DNA of 51,964 nt from Phycisphaerae bacterium (GTDB lineage Bacteria > Planctomycetota > Phycisphaerae > UBA1845): NCBI GenBank assembly GCA_036505095.1, contig DASXUA010000637.1, positions 1 to 51,964 on the forward strand. Reading direction: 5' to 3'. Below are positions 32,154-41,244 of this stretch, piece by piece; position 1 is the first letter of the stretch, and every line of letters begins with the position of its first letter. The notes under the pieces were generated by a model. It was not told where the DNA came from. It saw only the letters and a program-made list of their open reading frames with translations, and did no database searches. A program made the translations under genes and the position numbers.

Positions 32154-34559
32154 ATGCTGCCGGAAAATCTGGCTGCGGTCGATTGGCCCTTCGCTGCACT
32201 GTTGGCCTTCTTCGTCTTTGTGGCCCTCTGCTGGCCCCAATATCGGCGGCTGGCGCGTGAGATGCACGTGGCGGCGGCTGCAGGAGACTATGCCCGCTCG
32301 CTGGACGCGGAGCTCGCGATTACGCGCTCCTATAGTCCGATCGCGGTCCTGGAGCGATGGATTGCCCCGGGCGATCAGCAAGCACTCGTCGCCCTGCGCT
32401 ATCTGCAACTGGGTGAATTCGACGAGGCTCTGGCCTGGACCGAGCGAGCGCTGCGGAAAGCGAGGCGCGATCGGACCAAGGCGATTGCACATTGCACGGC
32501 GGCGTTGGCGCGCGCGTCGCGGGGCGATGTCGCGGAAATGGACGAACACCTGCGCGTCCTGGAACCATTGCTGGCGCGGCGGCCGGTGGAATCCATTTCG
32601 TTTCTGGCAACGGCGCTGACTTGCAATCAGCACGCGGGGCGGCTGGAGGAGGTCGAGCGCCTCCTGCGCGAGCGGGTCAGCGGCACCGATGCGCTGCTCA
32701 GTGCCAGGGTGCGCGAGGCCGCAGTCTGGTCGCTCATAACTTTGGGGCAGTTTGAGCAAGCATTACAAATCACCGGCGAAGCGCTGAACGAGGAGGCCGC
32801 CGCGGGCGGGGCGCTCGGCGAGGGCGGTCTGCAGCGGGGCGATGCCTTGGGCTTGCAGCAACTCCGGGCGGCTGGAGATAGGTTCGTACGGCTCAGCCTA
32901 ATGCTGGCCGGTGCGGACGCCGCGGCGAAGGCGCAGCGCTGGGATTTATTCGAAGAGTACATCCGCGCCCCCGTACTTCTGGCGAATCTACAACCGGGAC
33001 TCGCGCTAGCATGCCGCGGTTACTGGATGATGAGTGCCGCGCATTCCGGCGACAGCGCGGCCATGGCGCGCTGCGCGCAGCAAGCCGCGGACCTGATCGC
33101 GGCACATCCGCGGAATCGACGAATACGCGCCACCTGGGCTGACTTCCCGGTGCGCGCCTGGCAGATTGTCGGCGACCAGGAGCGCGCGCTGGCTGCCGCG
33201 CAGGCCAGTTGGGCGGAGGTCCTGGCACCCCTGGAGCGCTCGGAATTGGCTGCGGCGATGGCCAGAAGCCTCGACGCGCTTGGACGTGTCGACCAAGCGG
33301 AGGCACTGCGGGCCGAAGCCCGCGCGCTCGCGCTGCGCGCGTGCTGGAATCGGGAAAGTGAAGAACCGCTGCGCGAAGATCTGCTATTGCTCCCACTGGC
33401 TTCAAATGACGCCGGCATAGCGGCGCCTGCTTCCGAGTTCGGGCCGGTTGCCCCGGCGGCGTCACCGCTGGCCGGAATCGCCTGGATCGTGGCGGTGTTT
33501 GCGATGATTCCCGTCGTAGGAGTATTGGGCGGAGTTGCGCTGCTGGTCCTTTCGATCCTGCTCCTCACGAAACGGCAGCCGCTTCTGCACGACCGCCGCG
33601 TGGGACGTGCTGGAATGGTGCTCGCGCTCATTTCGCTGGCGTTCGCGGCCGTGAGCGTTCCGAGTTGCGGTCGTGCCGTGGTCAACAGGCTGAAGGATCG
33701 CGGCCTCAGTAACCCGGAGTCTCAGCCGGATGAAGATGCCCCCGAGGTTGACTCGGATGACGCGGATAAAAGCGGCTCCAGCACCCCGCTAGCGGCCGAG
33801 TCGTCTGGCCCGCGCACCGCGCCGCATCTCGATAAACCCGTGCCTTGGCACCAGACGGTGCTGTATTTCGTAGTGCTGGGAATCTCGATCGTGTTGCATG
33901 AAATCGGCCATGGTGTGGCGGCGTTCTGGGCCGGCGATCCAACAGCACGCGATCGTGGGCGCTTCAGTCTCAATCCGATCCGACACTTCTCGCTGCTCGG
34001 CAGTCTGATCGTGCCCGGCGTGCTGACGCTGGCGCACAGCGATTCGGTGATCGGCTGGGCCAAACCGGTCCCGATCCGTCCCGAGTGTTTCCGGCATGCA
34101 CGACGCGGGCTGCTGAGCGTCACGCTCGCCGGCGTATCGCTGAACATGCTCATCGCGCTGGCGGCCACCAACCTGCTGCTCGTGCTGCTGGTCGTGCTGC
34201 ACTGGATTCACCCGGATGTGTCGGTCGAGAATCTGTTGTTCCCGTTTCAGATGGTGGAAATCGAGGCGGCGCCGCACGCCCTGGTTTGGGCGATCGCGAT
34301 GTCGGCCTGCAAGGCCGCGGTCTGGATCAACGTGTTCCTGACGTCGTTCAATCTGCTGCCGTTTCCGCCGCTGGACGGTTTTGGAGTGATCCGCGCTCTG
34401 GCGCCAAGGTCGCTGATTCCGCTGCTCAATCGGCTGAGTGGCATCGGGATGATGCTGATGCTGGCATTGATCGTGTTCAAGGCGCTCGACTACTTGCTGC
34501 TGCCGGGAGTTCTGCTTGGCGTGCTTCTGCTGGGCTTTGTGCAGTTCGTGGCGGGTTAG
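32154..34559 (+). CDS. site-2 protease family (M50) membrane metalloprotease with long TPR-like N-terminal region
   Basis: HEIGHGVAAFWAGD (HExxH) and FNLLPFPPLDGF (NxxPxxxLDG) lie in a polytopic C-terminal half. The helical repeat-like N-terminal half is about 430 aa. Confidence 0.85.
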   Translation: MLPENLAAVDWPFAALLAFFVFVALCWPQYRRLAREMHVAAAAGDYARSLDAELAITRSYSPIAVLERWIAPGDQQALVALRYLQLGEFDEALAWTERALRKARRDRTKAIAHCTAALARASRGDVAEMDEHLRVLEPLLARRPVESISFLATALTCNQHAGRLEEVERLLRERVSGTDALLSARVREAAVWSLITLGQFEQALQITGEALNEEAAAGGALGEGGLQRGDALGLQQLRAAGDRFVRLSLMLAGADAAAKAQRWDLFEEYIRAPVLLANLQPGLALACRGYWMMSAAHSGDSAAMARCAQQAADLIAAHPRNRRIRATWADFPVRAWQIVGDQERALAAAQASWAEVLAPLERSELAAAMARSLDALGRVDQAEALRAEARALALRACWNRESEEPLREDLLLLPLASNDAGIAAPASEFGPVAPAASPLAGIAWIVAVFAMIPVVGVLGGVALLVLSILLLTKRQPLLHDRRVGRAGMVLALISLAFAAVSVPSCGRAVVNRLKDRGLSNPESQPDEDAPEVDSDDADKSGSSTPLAAESSGPRTAPHLDKPVPWHQTVLYFVVLGISIVLHEIGHGVAAFWAGDPTARDRGRFSLNPIRHFSLLGSLIVPGVLTLAHSDSVIGWAKPVPIRPECFRHARRGLLSVTLAGVSLNMLIALAATNLLLVLLVVLHWIHPDVSVENLLFPFQMVEIEAAPHALVWAIAMSACKAAVWINVFLTSFNLLPFPPLDGFGVIRALAPRSLIPLLNRLSGIGMMLMLALIVFKALDYLLLPGVLLGVLLLGFVQFVAG

Positions 34560-34680
34560 CTCGCCGCGCGGACCGAGGACTTCGCCAGAACTAACCGAAA
34601 CGGCTGCCCTCCGATCACGATCTTGGCCGATAATCCTTACGTGCGGTGCTGAGAATTGAAGGCGCCGCCGGGAGAGGCCG

Positions 34681-35301
34681 GTGAATGTATACGTGGATGA
34701 TCAGGCGTACGCGCTGGCGGCGGAATCGGCCGGCACGATAGGCGACGCAGTGGAGCAGGTGCGGAAAGGGGTTTCGGCCGGCGATCGCGTGCTGATCGGC
34801 CTGCGCTGCGACGGCCTCGACGTCGTCGGCAACGAATTGGAAGACGCCTTGCGGCGGCCCTCCGCTCACGTGCAGCGGCTGGACATCACGACCGGTGCTC
34901 CGCTGCCGCTGGTCATCGAAGCCCTCGAACAGTCGCTGATGGTCCTCGAGGACAGTCGCAAGGATCTGGCCGAGGTCGTCACGCATTTGTCAACCGGGCA
35001 AACAGCCAAAGGCATGGGGCTGCTGGCCGAGGCCTTTCGTAATTGGCAACAGATCAACGAGGCCCTTGGCAGCTCGATGGCCATGTTGAAGATCGATCCC
35101 GACGGATTCCCGGTCGGGGAGTTGAGCGCCACTCAGGCGATCCTCGCGCCGCGCGAACTGCTGACGCATATCAAGGATGTCGTAGAGACGCACGATCACG
35201 TGCTGCTGGCCGACATTCTCCAGTACGAGTTCGACACGGTCGCCGCCACGTGGAAATCCCTCATCGAGGCCGTGCTGGCCCGTGCCCATTCTGAACCCTG
35301 A
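34681..35301 (+). CDS. hypothetical protein
   Basis: 206-aa ORF (GTG start) with coding-like composition. No family recognised. Confidence 0.55.
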   Translation: MNVYVDDQAYALAAESAGTIGDAVEQVRKGVSAGDRVLIGLRCDGLDVVGNELEDALRRPSAHVQRLDITTGAPLPLVIEALEQSLMVLEDSRKDLAEVVTHLSTGQTAKGMGLLAEAFRNWQQINEALGSSMAMLKIDPDGFPVGELSATQAILAPRELLTHIKDVVETHDHVLLADILQYEFDTVAATWKSLIEAVLARAHSEP

Positions 35302-35321
35302 ACCCCGAACCCTGAACCCTC

Positions 35322-35672
35322 TCACCGAAACCGGCCGCGGTAACGCTCGGCCGGATATTTCAGCGCGTTCTTCTGCATCTTGCGCAGCAACGCATCCGAA
35401 AGATCGATCTGCATCGCGTTGGCAAACGACAGCACGAACGCGGTGATCTCGGCCAACTCCTCGCCGATCAGCTCCATCTGGGTGGGATCGCGCCGCACCT
35501 GATCCAGCTCATCGCTGCGCAGCCACTGGAAGTGCTCCATCAGCTCGGCCGCCTCGATGGCGATCGACGTCGACAGGTTCTTGGGATCGTGAAACTGCTC
35601 CCAGTCCCGCTCGCGGATGAACTGGGCCATTGCGGATTTCAGCATGGCCACGGTCGTCTCGGCATCGCTCAT
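35322..35672 (-). CDS. MazG-like nucleotide pyrophosphohydrolase
   Basis: FIRERDWEQFHDPKNLSTSIAIEAAELMEHFQW is the hallmark of small MazG/YpjD-type NTP pyrophosphohydrolases. Confidence 0.8.
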   Translation of the reverse strand: MSDAETTVAMLKSAMAQFIRERDWEQFHDPKNLSTSIAIEAAELMEHFQWLRSDELDQVRRDPTQMELIGEELAEITAFVLSFANAMQIDLSDALLRKMQKNALKYPAERYRGRFR

Positions 35673-35736
35673 GCATCGCTCCTTGTATCGCTGGACGCGC
35701 TACGCTACGCTCGTCGGCAGGCGAGGTCCAGCGACC

Positions 35737-36684
35737 ATGCTGCCACGTGCGCGAACGACCGCGAGTGCCTTCACGTTGATCGAGCTGCTGGTGGTCATCG
35801 GCATCATCGGCCTGCTGATCGCCATCCTGCTGCCGGCACTGCAGCGGGTCCGCAAGCAGACGCGGGCCACGATTTGCCAGACGCGCCTGCGTTCGATTTC
35901 TCAGGCTTGGCACATGTATTCCGACCAGAACGGCGACATCTCGCCGCCGCACAAGCCGGCTTCGGAGCCGGGCGGTACGTCCAATCCGGTGAACTGGTAT
36001 GACATCGGCAACGGCATGAAGTATCGCCCCTCGTGGATCGCCACGATGGGGCGGCAGTACAGGTCGTTCCCGTTTGACAGCGGCGACTTGTCGCTCGCCC
36101 AAGCGGGCAGCGGCAGTGAGCCGGCCGACCGGCTCAATTTCGCCCATGCGCTGTATCTCTGTCCCGAAGCACCGGACTGGACCGACGAACGCAACGCCGC
36201 GGCCGGATACAACTATCAATTCCTGGGCAACGCGCGCAAGAAGTTCGGCCGGTATGTCAACTTCCCGGTGAATCGTTCGCGCATCAGCGCGTTTTCCGGA
36301 ACGGTGCTGGCGGCCGACAGCATGGGCACAGCCGCCGGCTTCGATCAGACCTTGCGAAAGGCCTATCAGAACAATGGCACCGATTATGATGCGCTCGGCA
36401 ATCATTCGTACACGCTGGACCCGCCGCGCCTGACGCCCGAATCCGACAAGGGCACCGGCGACGCGGGGAGCCCGCGCACCGTTGTGGACGGCCGGCATTA
36501 CAACAAAGTATCGACGGTCTTCTGTGATAGCCACGCCGAGATTATGAGCCCGCAGGCGCTGGGCTATCGGGCCGATTCGCACGGGACCTGGTTCGACAGC
36601 GGTCCGGGTGACAACCCGGCGCACAACCGCTTCTTCTCCGGCACCGGCCGCGATGATGATCCGCCGCCCCTTCCGACGCAGTAG
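35737..36684 (+). CDS. prepilin-type N-terminal cleavage/methylation domain protein, DUF1559 family
   Basis: ORF 35617..36684 trimmed to ATG 35737. SAFTLIELLVVIGIIGLLIAILLPALQRVR, then a DUF1559-like body ending ..VFCDSHAE. The 371-aa antisense ORF 35509..36624 is rejected. Confidence 0.85.
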   Translation: MLPRARTTASAFTLIELLVVIGIIGLLIAILLPALQRVRKQTRATICQTRLRSISQAWHMYSDQNGDISPPHKPASEPGGTSNPVNWYDIGNGMKYRPSWIATMGRQYRSFPFDSGDLSLAQAGSGSEPADRLNFAHALYLCPEAPDWTDERNAAAGYNYQFLGNARKKFGRYVNFPVNRSRISAFSGTVLAADSMGTAAGFDQTLRKAYQNNGTDYDALGNHSYTLDPPRLTPESDKGTGDAGSPRTVVDGRHYNKVSTVFCDSHAEIMSPQALGYRADSHGTWFDSGPGDNPAHNRFFSGTGRDDDPPPLPTQ

Positions 36685-36769
36685 CCAGCGGCGGGGTTCA
36701 TCCCCGCCGTATGTCAGATAACCCGTGCGAATTGCACTGCTATGCCGCCGGGATGAACCCGGCGGCCCG

Positions 36770-37981
36770 CTATTCGGACCGCCGTGGCTGCTGAAGTGCT
36801 TCGATCACTCGCGCGCGGCGCTCGGCGCGGCGGATGCGGCTGTCCGATGGCTGCGTCTCGGGCTGATTCTCGCCGCGGTCGAATAGCGCTGCATAGGCGA
36901 AGAGGCACAGGTGCGGACTGTGCTCGATCGCAATCCCGATCTGCTCGTCGATGAGCGAGGGTTCCCGATTGTCGAGCATGATTCCGGTGACGACGGGCAC
37001 ACCATACTGCGGCTCGGTCCAGGCCTTGGCACGCTCGGCGAATAGCTCGACTTTGTCGGTGTAGTTCATCGGAAACACCGCATCCACGAGCCGCTGGCGC
37101 ACCCAGGTATCGCTGTCGCGATAGTGCGCCTCCAGCGGCCCCTCCGGCTTCGAGCCGACCGCCGCCGTCAGCAGCGCGCGCGGGCGCGTCCGTTGAACCA
37201 TGTCGTGGATGCTGCGAACCAGCCTGGTAACCTGCGCGGCGCGCCAGCGCTTCCAGTCGTCAATATTGTCATCCGGCGATTTGCCGGTCTCGCGCCGATA
37301 CAGTTCGAGTGTGCGGGCGTCGCGCGGATAATCCAGACCGGAATCCTTGGGCGTGGCCGGCGGCTCGTTCGGGAAACGAATGTAATCCAGGTGCAGGCCG
37401 TCGACCTTATAGCCCGCGACAACCTCGCGAAACACACGTACCAGATACTCGCGGACTTCAGGCAGACACGGGTTAAGGCTCACATAGAAGCTGGACAGGG
37501 CCTGACGCTCGCCGTGCTGATCGTACCAAAACCATTCCGGATGTTTGTTATAGAGTTGGTCAGGATTCGCCGGCGGCGTGGTGCCGCGCCAGGCCGGCAT
37601 CACATTCACCCAGGCATGAAGCTGCATGCCGCGCGTGTGGGCCTCATCACAAGCGATGCGCAGGGGATCGAATCCCGGATACTTGCCTCCTAATTCGTCG
37701 GCCCATGGCTCGAGTCGCGAGCGATAGAATGCAGTGCCGTTACCGCGCACCTGAAACATCACCGTGCTGAAGCCAGCCGATTGGCAATCCTGCATGATGC
37801 GCAGCACGTCGTCCGGTGTCTTGTAGTCACCTCGCGTGACCCAGATGGCGCGTGTCGCAGTTGGAAACCGCGACGTAGTCTGGCAACCGGCGGCCAGCGC
37901 CGCCAGCGCGGCAGCGGCGAGGCAGCAGGCAAAGCGCGCGGACGGCGGACCTGGAATTTCACCACGTTGAAACTTCTGCAT
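36770..37981 (-). CDS. glycoside-hydrolase-like 10 (DUF187/YngK-type) lipoprotein
   Basis: Lipobox LAALAAGC. RAIWVTRGDY...GFSTVMFQVRGNGTAFYRS..EPWADEL..GFDPL..CDEAHTRGMQLHAWVNV. Confidence 0.8.
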   Translation of the reverse strand: MQKFQRGEIPGPPSARFACCLAAAALAALAAGCQTTSRFPTATRAIWVTRGDYKTPDDVLRIMQDCQSAGFSTVMFQVRGNGTAFYRSRLEPWADELGGKYPGFDPLRIACDEAHTRGMQLHAWVNVMPAWRGTTPPANPDQLYNKHPEWFWYDQHGERQALSSFYVSLNPCLPEVREYLVRVFREVVAGYKVDGLHLDYIRFPNEPPATPKDSGLDYPRDARTLELYRRETGKSPDDNIDDWKRWRAAQVTRLVRSIHDMVQRTRPRALLTAAVGSKPEGPLEAHYRDSDTWVRQRLVDAVFPMNYTDKVELFAERAKAWTEPQYGVPVVTGIMLDNREPSLIDEQIGIAIEHSPHLCLFAYAALFDRGENQPETQPSDSRIRRAERRARVIEALQQPRRSE

Positions 37982-37985
37982 ATTG

Positions 37986-39734
37986 CTACCACGCCTCCTG
38001 CAATGTTTTGGCCGTGCCGGCCGTCAATTGGTGGGCCTTACGAACAGCCGTTTCGACGACGTGCGGCGGTGTGCGGAAAACGAGGCCGATCGCGAACGTC
38101 ACCAACGCCCCGATCAGCGCAAACCAGGTGAACGCGACCTTAGGCAGCCAAGCTGGCTGGGCGATAGTCCCTGGCCATCCAAAGAGCGGTCGAACCAGGT
38201 TAATACCGTCAATGAGCAGCCCGCCCAGCAGGATGGTGCACAGTAGCCCGGCCGTGATCGCGATGACATTTCCGAAGTCCGAACCGCGCGTGCGGGTGAA
38301 CATGCCGATGAGGAAGACCCCCAACATCGGTCCAAGAATGAACCCGGCGATCCCAAGCACCACCGGAATAATGCGGACGTTCGGATCGGTCACCTTGGCG
38401 TAAGCGAATGCGCCGGCGATTCCGATCATCAGAACCGCGAAGACGGCCGTGAAGGCGCGCGCCGCCGCGACATGATGCGCTGTACTGCGGTTCTTGGCCG
38501 CGTACGGTATGTACCAGTCATTCGTCGCGCTGGTCGCCAGTGCGTTGAGGGCTGCGCTGAGCGAACCCATGGCCGTGGCGAACACCCCTGCCAGCACCAA
38601 CCCGCGCACACCCACCGGCATGACGTTGAGAATATAGGAGCCGAACACGTCGGCGTTGGCTTCCGGCTTAAAGGTCGGGTCCTGGCGATAATAGACAAAC
38701 AGCAGAATCCCGATGAACGTGAATGCGGCCGCGATCGGCAGATCCATGACGGCTGCGGTGATAAGGCTGCGCCGACTCTTCTTATATGTCTCGGCGGTCA
38801 GCATGCGCTGGACCATGTCCTGATCGGTGCCGAACGCGGCCATGTTCGCCAAGGTCGCCCCAATCACGGCCGAAAACAGCGTGTACTCGCTGGCCAATAC
38901 CAGCTTCACGTAATCCCACAAGCCCATCGACGAAAGTTGATGCATCTGCATCCACTGCTCGCGGCGGGCCGATTCCAGGCCGGTGACGAAGTAGCCTTCC
39001 ACGCGTTTCATTTGCGGGACGTGCTCGCCGAGAACACGCAGGCCGTCCATCAGATTCCAGCTCCCGCCGATGTGGTGCAGCAACATCGCGATCGACAGTA
39101 GCGCGCCGCCAAACATCAGAGTGGCCTGGATGACGTCCGTCCAGATGACGGCCTTGATGCCGCCCATGGCGGTGTAGATACAGGTAACGATCGTAAGCCC
39201 CACGATGGCGACCAGGTAGGGGCCGGTCGAGGTAACGGCCTGCTGACTGAACCGCACTGGCTCTCCAGCCATGAGCATCCGCCAGGCCAGGACCATGGCC
39301 AGAGACGGAACGAACAAGCGCGTTCCAGACGCCAGCGTCCGCATGATGAGAAAGAGCGCCGACACGTAATTCTTGCTGATCGTCCCGAATCGCACGCCCA
39401 GGAAGTCGTAGACCGTGTACACCTTGTAGATGTAATACGGCTTGAGAAAGAAGTAGCCTACCAGCACGCGACCAATGATCAGGCCGATGATGAGCTGCAC
39501 GTATCCGAGGGTGCGTTTGTCATAGCCTTCGCCGGGTGCGCCCAGGAAAGTCGCAGCGCTGGTCTCGGCCGCGATGATGGAGGCCATGACCGCCCACCAC
39601 GGGATCCTCCGTCCGCCCAGTGCGTAGTCTTCCAGCGTCTGCTCGCGGCGACCCATGTACAGGCCGATGGACGTGATCCCGACGAAGTACACCAGGATGA
39701 TCAAGCCGTCGACGACCAGATGGGTGGTGTTCAT
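37986..39734 (-). CDS. sodium:solute symporter family transporter
   Basis: ORF trimmed to ATG 39734 (MNTTHLVVDGLIILVYFVGITSIGLYMGRRE..LGGRRIPWWAVMASIIAAETSAATFLGAPG). Many TM helices. 4 nt upstream of the GH-like gene. Confidence 0.85.
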   Translation of the reverse strand: MNTTHLVVDGLIILVYFVGITSIGLYMGRREQTLEDYALGGRRIPWWAVMASIIAAETSAATFLGAPGEGYDKRTLGYVQLIIGLIIGRVLVGYFFLKPYYIYKVYTVYDFLGVRFGTISKNYVSALFLIMRTLASGTRLFVPSLAMVLAWRMLMAGEPVRFSQQAVTSTGPYLVAIVGLTIVTCIYTAMGGIKAVIWTDVIQATLMFGGALLSIAMLLHHIGGSWNLMDGLRVLGEHVPQMKRVEGYFVTGLESARREQWMQMHQLSSMGLWDYVKLVLASEYTLFSAVIGATLANMAAFGTDQDMVQRMLTAETYKKSRRSLITAAVMDLPIAAAFTFIGILLFVYYRQDPTFKPEANADVFGSYILNVMPVGVRGLVLAGVFATAMGSLSAALNALATSATNDWYIPYAAKNRSTAHHVAAARAFTAVFAVLMIGIAGAFAYAKVTDPNVRIIPVVLGIAGFILGPMLGVFLIGMFTRTRGSDFGNVIAITAGLLCTILLGGLLIDGINLVRPLFGWPGTIAQPAWLPKVAFTWFALIGALVTFAIGLVFRTPPHVVETAVRKAHQLTAGTAKTLQEAW

Positions 39735-39968
39735 GCGCGGGTCGCAGTGTCGCAGAAAGCAGCGCAGACCGCAACGCCGTTCAGAACCGCGAGCGTGAGC
39801 GAGCGCTCGAGAATCACCCCAACCCGTCAAACGCGCGACGGAGCGTGCACGCCCGGCCGCCTGCGGCGGATTTGCGTTGGCGGCGGTTGGCAGGCATGAT
39901 GCCTCATCGAGCGCTCCCCGCCGCCGCGGGTCGCGGTTCTGAACGCGGGCCCGACCGGAGAAGAAGCC

Positions 39969-41135
39969 ATGCCGAATTTCCGTGCCACAGCTCTGCTATT
40001 GGCCGTGACGATGGTGGCGCTCGGCGCCTGCCGGATACCCAAGCGTCCCAATCCGACTCCGCCCGTTCCGCAAGCGGCCCCGAACGACGACCCGATGGTT
40101 AGCACGAATACGCTGCTGGCGGCTGCGCCGGACTTCGCGCTGCAGCGCATCGGCACGCCCGAGTTTCCGGTCCCGCCATATGCCAAGTTTCTCAAGGGAG
40201 TGCGGATTCGGCTCGATCCGGGTCATGGCGGCGACGCCGATAAACGCGCTTTCAAGCGCGGACCGACTGGCGTGCGCGAAGCCGAGATCAACCTGCGTGT
40301 CGCCCAGTACCTGCGCGACCTGCTCGTGGCCGCCGGCGCGGAAGTGCAACTTTCGCGCGAGTCAGACGTCGACCTCTCCTATGAGGAGCGGGCCGGCGCG
40401 AATCTGCCGCCGCAGCGGTGGGCCGATCTGTTCATCTCCTGCCATCACAACGCGATCGATAACAAGCCCTCCGCCAATCACACGACGGTCTGGTACCACG
40501 CGGACGTGGACTATCACCCGAGCAACCTCGACTTGGCGCGCTACCTGTGCTACGGCCTCTACGACCATTATCCGCTTGAACAGATCACGGACGAACCGCT
40601 TAAGAGCGATCAACTCATGTACCCGGAGGGGTTCGCCGTCCTGCGGCACGCGAAGGTGACGGCCGCTTTGGTGGAGACGTCGTTTTACACGAATCCCGAA
40701 GAGGAGCAGCGCTTGCGCCGGCCCGAATCGAATCTCGGTGAGGCCTACGGTTTGTTCATCGGGCTCGCCAAGTATGCCGCCAATGGGTTGCCGCGGCTTA
40801 AGCTGATCTCGCCGCGCGACGGTTTGCTTGCTAGTTCGGCGAACGGCGATGTTCTGGAGTTCATCCTGGACGACGGCCTGCGCGGGCGGAAGTCCTGGGG
40901 CTCCGAGCGGCAGATGATCCTGACCAGTTCGCTCAACGTGCGCTGGGACGACCAGCCGCTGGCATTCGAATTTGCGAATGACGGATATCGGCTCTCGGCG
41001 CGACTGCCGGATCACGTCTCGCCGGGCGCGCACCGCGTCAGCGTTCAGTTCCAGAACTTGTTCAAGAACTCGGTCATCAATCCGACCGTGGACATCCGCG
41101 TCGAAGAAGGTTCAGCGGCCGCCGAATCGCGCTGA
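39969..41135 (+). CDS. N-acetylmuramoyl-L-alanine amidase (Amidase_3/AmiC type) lipoprotein
   Basis: Lipobox MVALGAC. RIRLDPGHGGDAD...REAEINLRVAQYLRDLL...FISCHHNA...ALVETSFYTNPEEEQRL. Confidence 0.85.
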   Translation: MPNFRATALLLAVTMVALGACRIPKRPNPTPPVPQAAPNDDPMVSTNTLLAAAPDFALQRIGTPEFPVPPYAKFLKGVRIRLDPGHGGDADKRAFKRGPTGVREAEINLRVAQYLRDLLVAAGAEVQLSRESDVDLSYEERAGANLPPQRWADLFISCHHNAIDNKPSANHTTVWYHADVDYHPSNLDLARYLCYGLYDHYPLEQITDEPLKSDQLMYPEGFAVLRHAKVTAALVETSFYTNPEEEQRLRRPESNLGEAYGLFIGLAKYAANGLPRLKLISPRDGLLASSANGDVLEFILDDGLRGRKSWGSERQMILTSSLNVRWDDQPLAFEFANDGYRLSARLPDHVSPGAHRVSVQFQNLFKNSVINPTVDIRVEEGSAAAESR

Positions 41136-41244
41136 ATTCCAGCCGCTTGATTCGCACGCCAGCTTGGACGAAACTTCGCCCCGGCGGACACGGTTGCGCG
41201 ACAAGCGCGTCGCCGGATCATCGGACTTCGTTGGCGAGGGACCC

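Noticed and set aside
35509-36624. 371-aa minus-strand ORF overlapping the DUF1559 gene
   Set aside because: The + strand product has the unmistakable prepilin methylation motif and a DUF1559 body. The antisense product is Arg/Ala/Gly-rich with no motifs.
39827-40195. 122-aa minus-strand ORF between the transporter and amidase genes
   Set aside because: It overlaps the well-supported amidase lipoprotein start on the + strand and has a low-complexity Gly/Ala/Arg composition.
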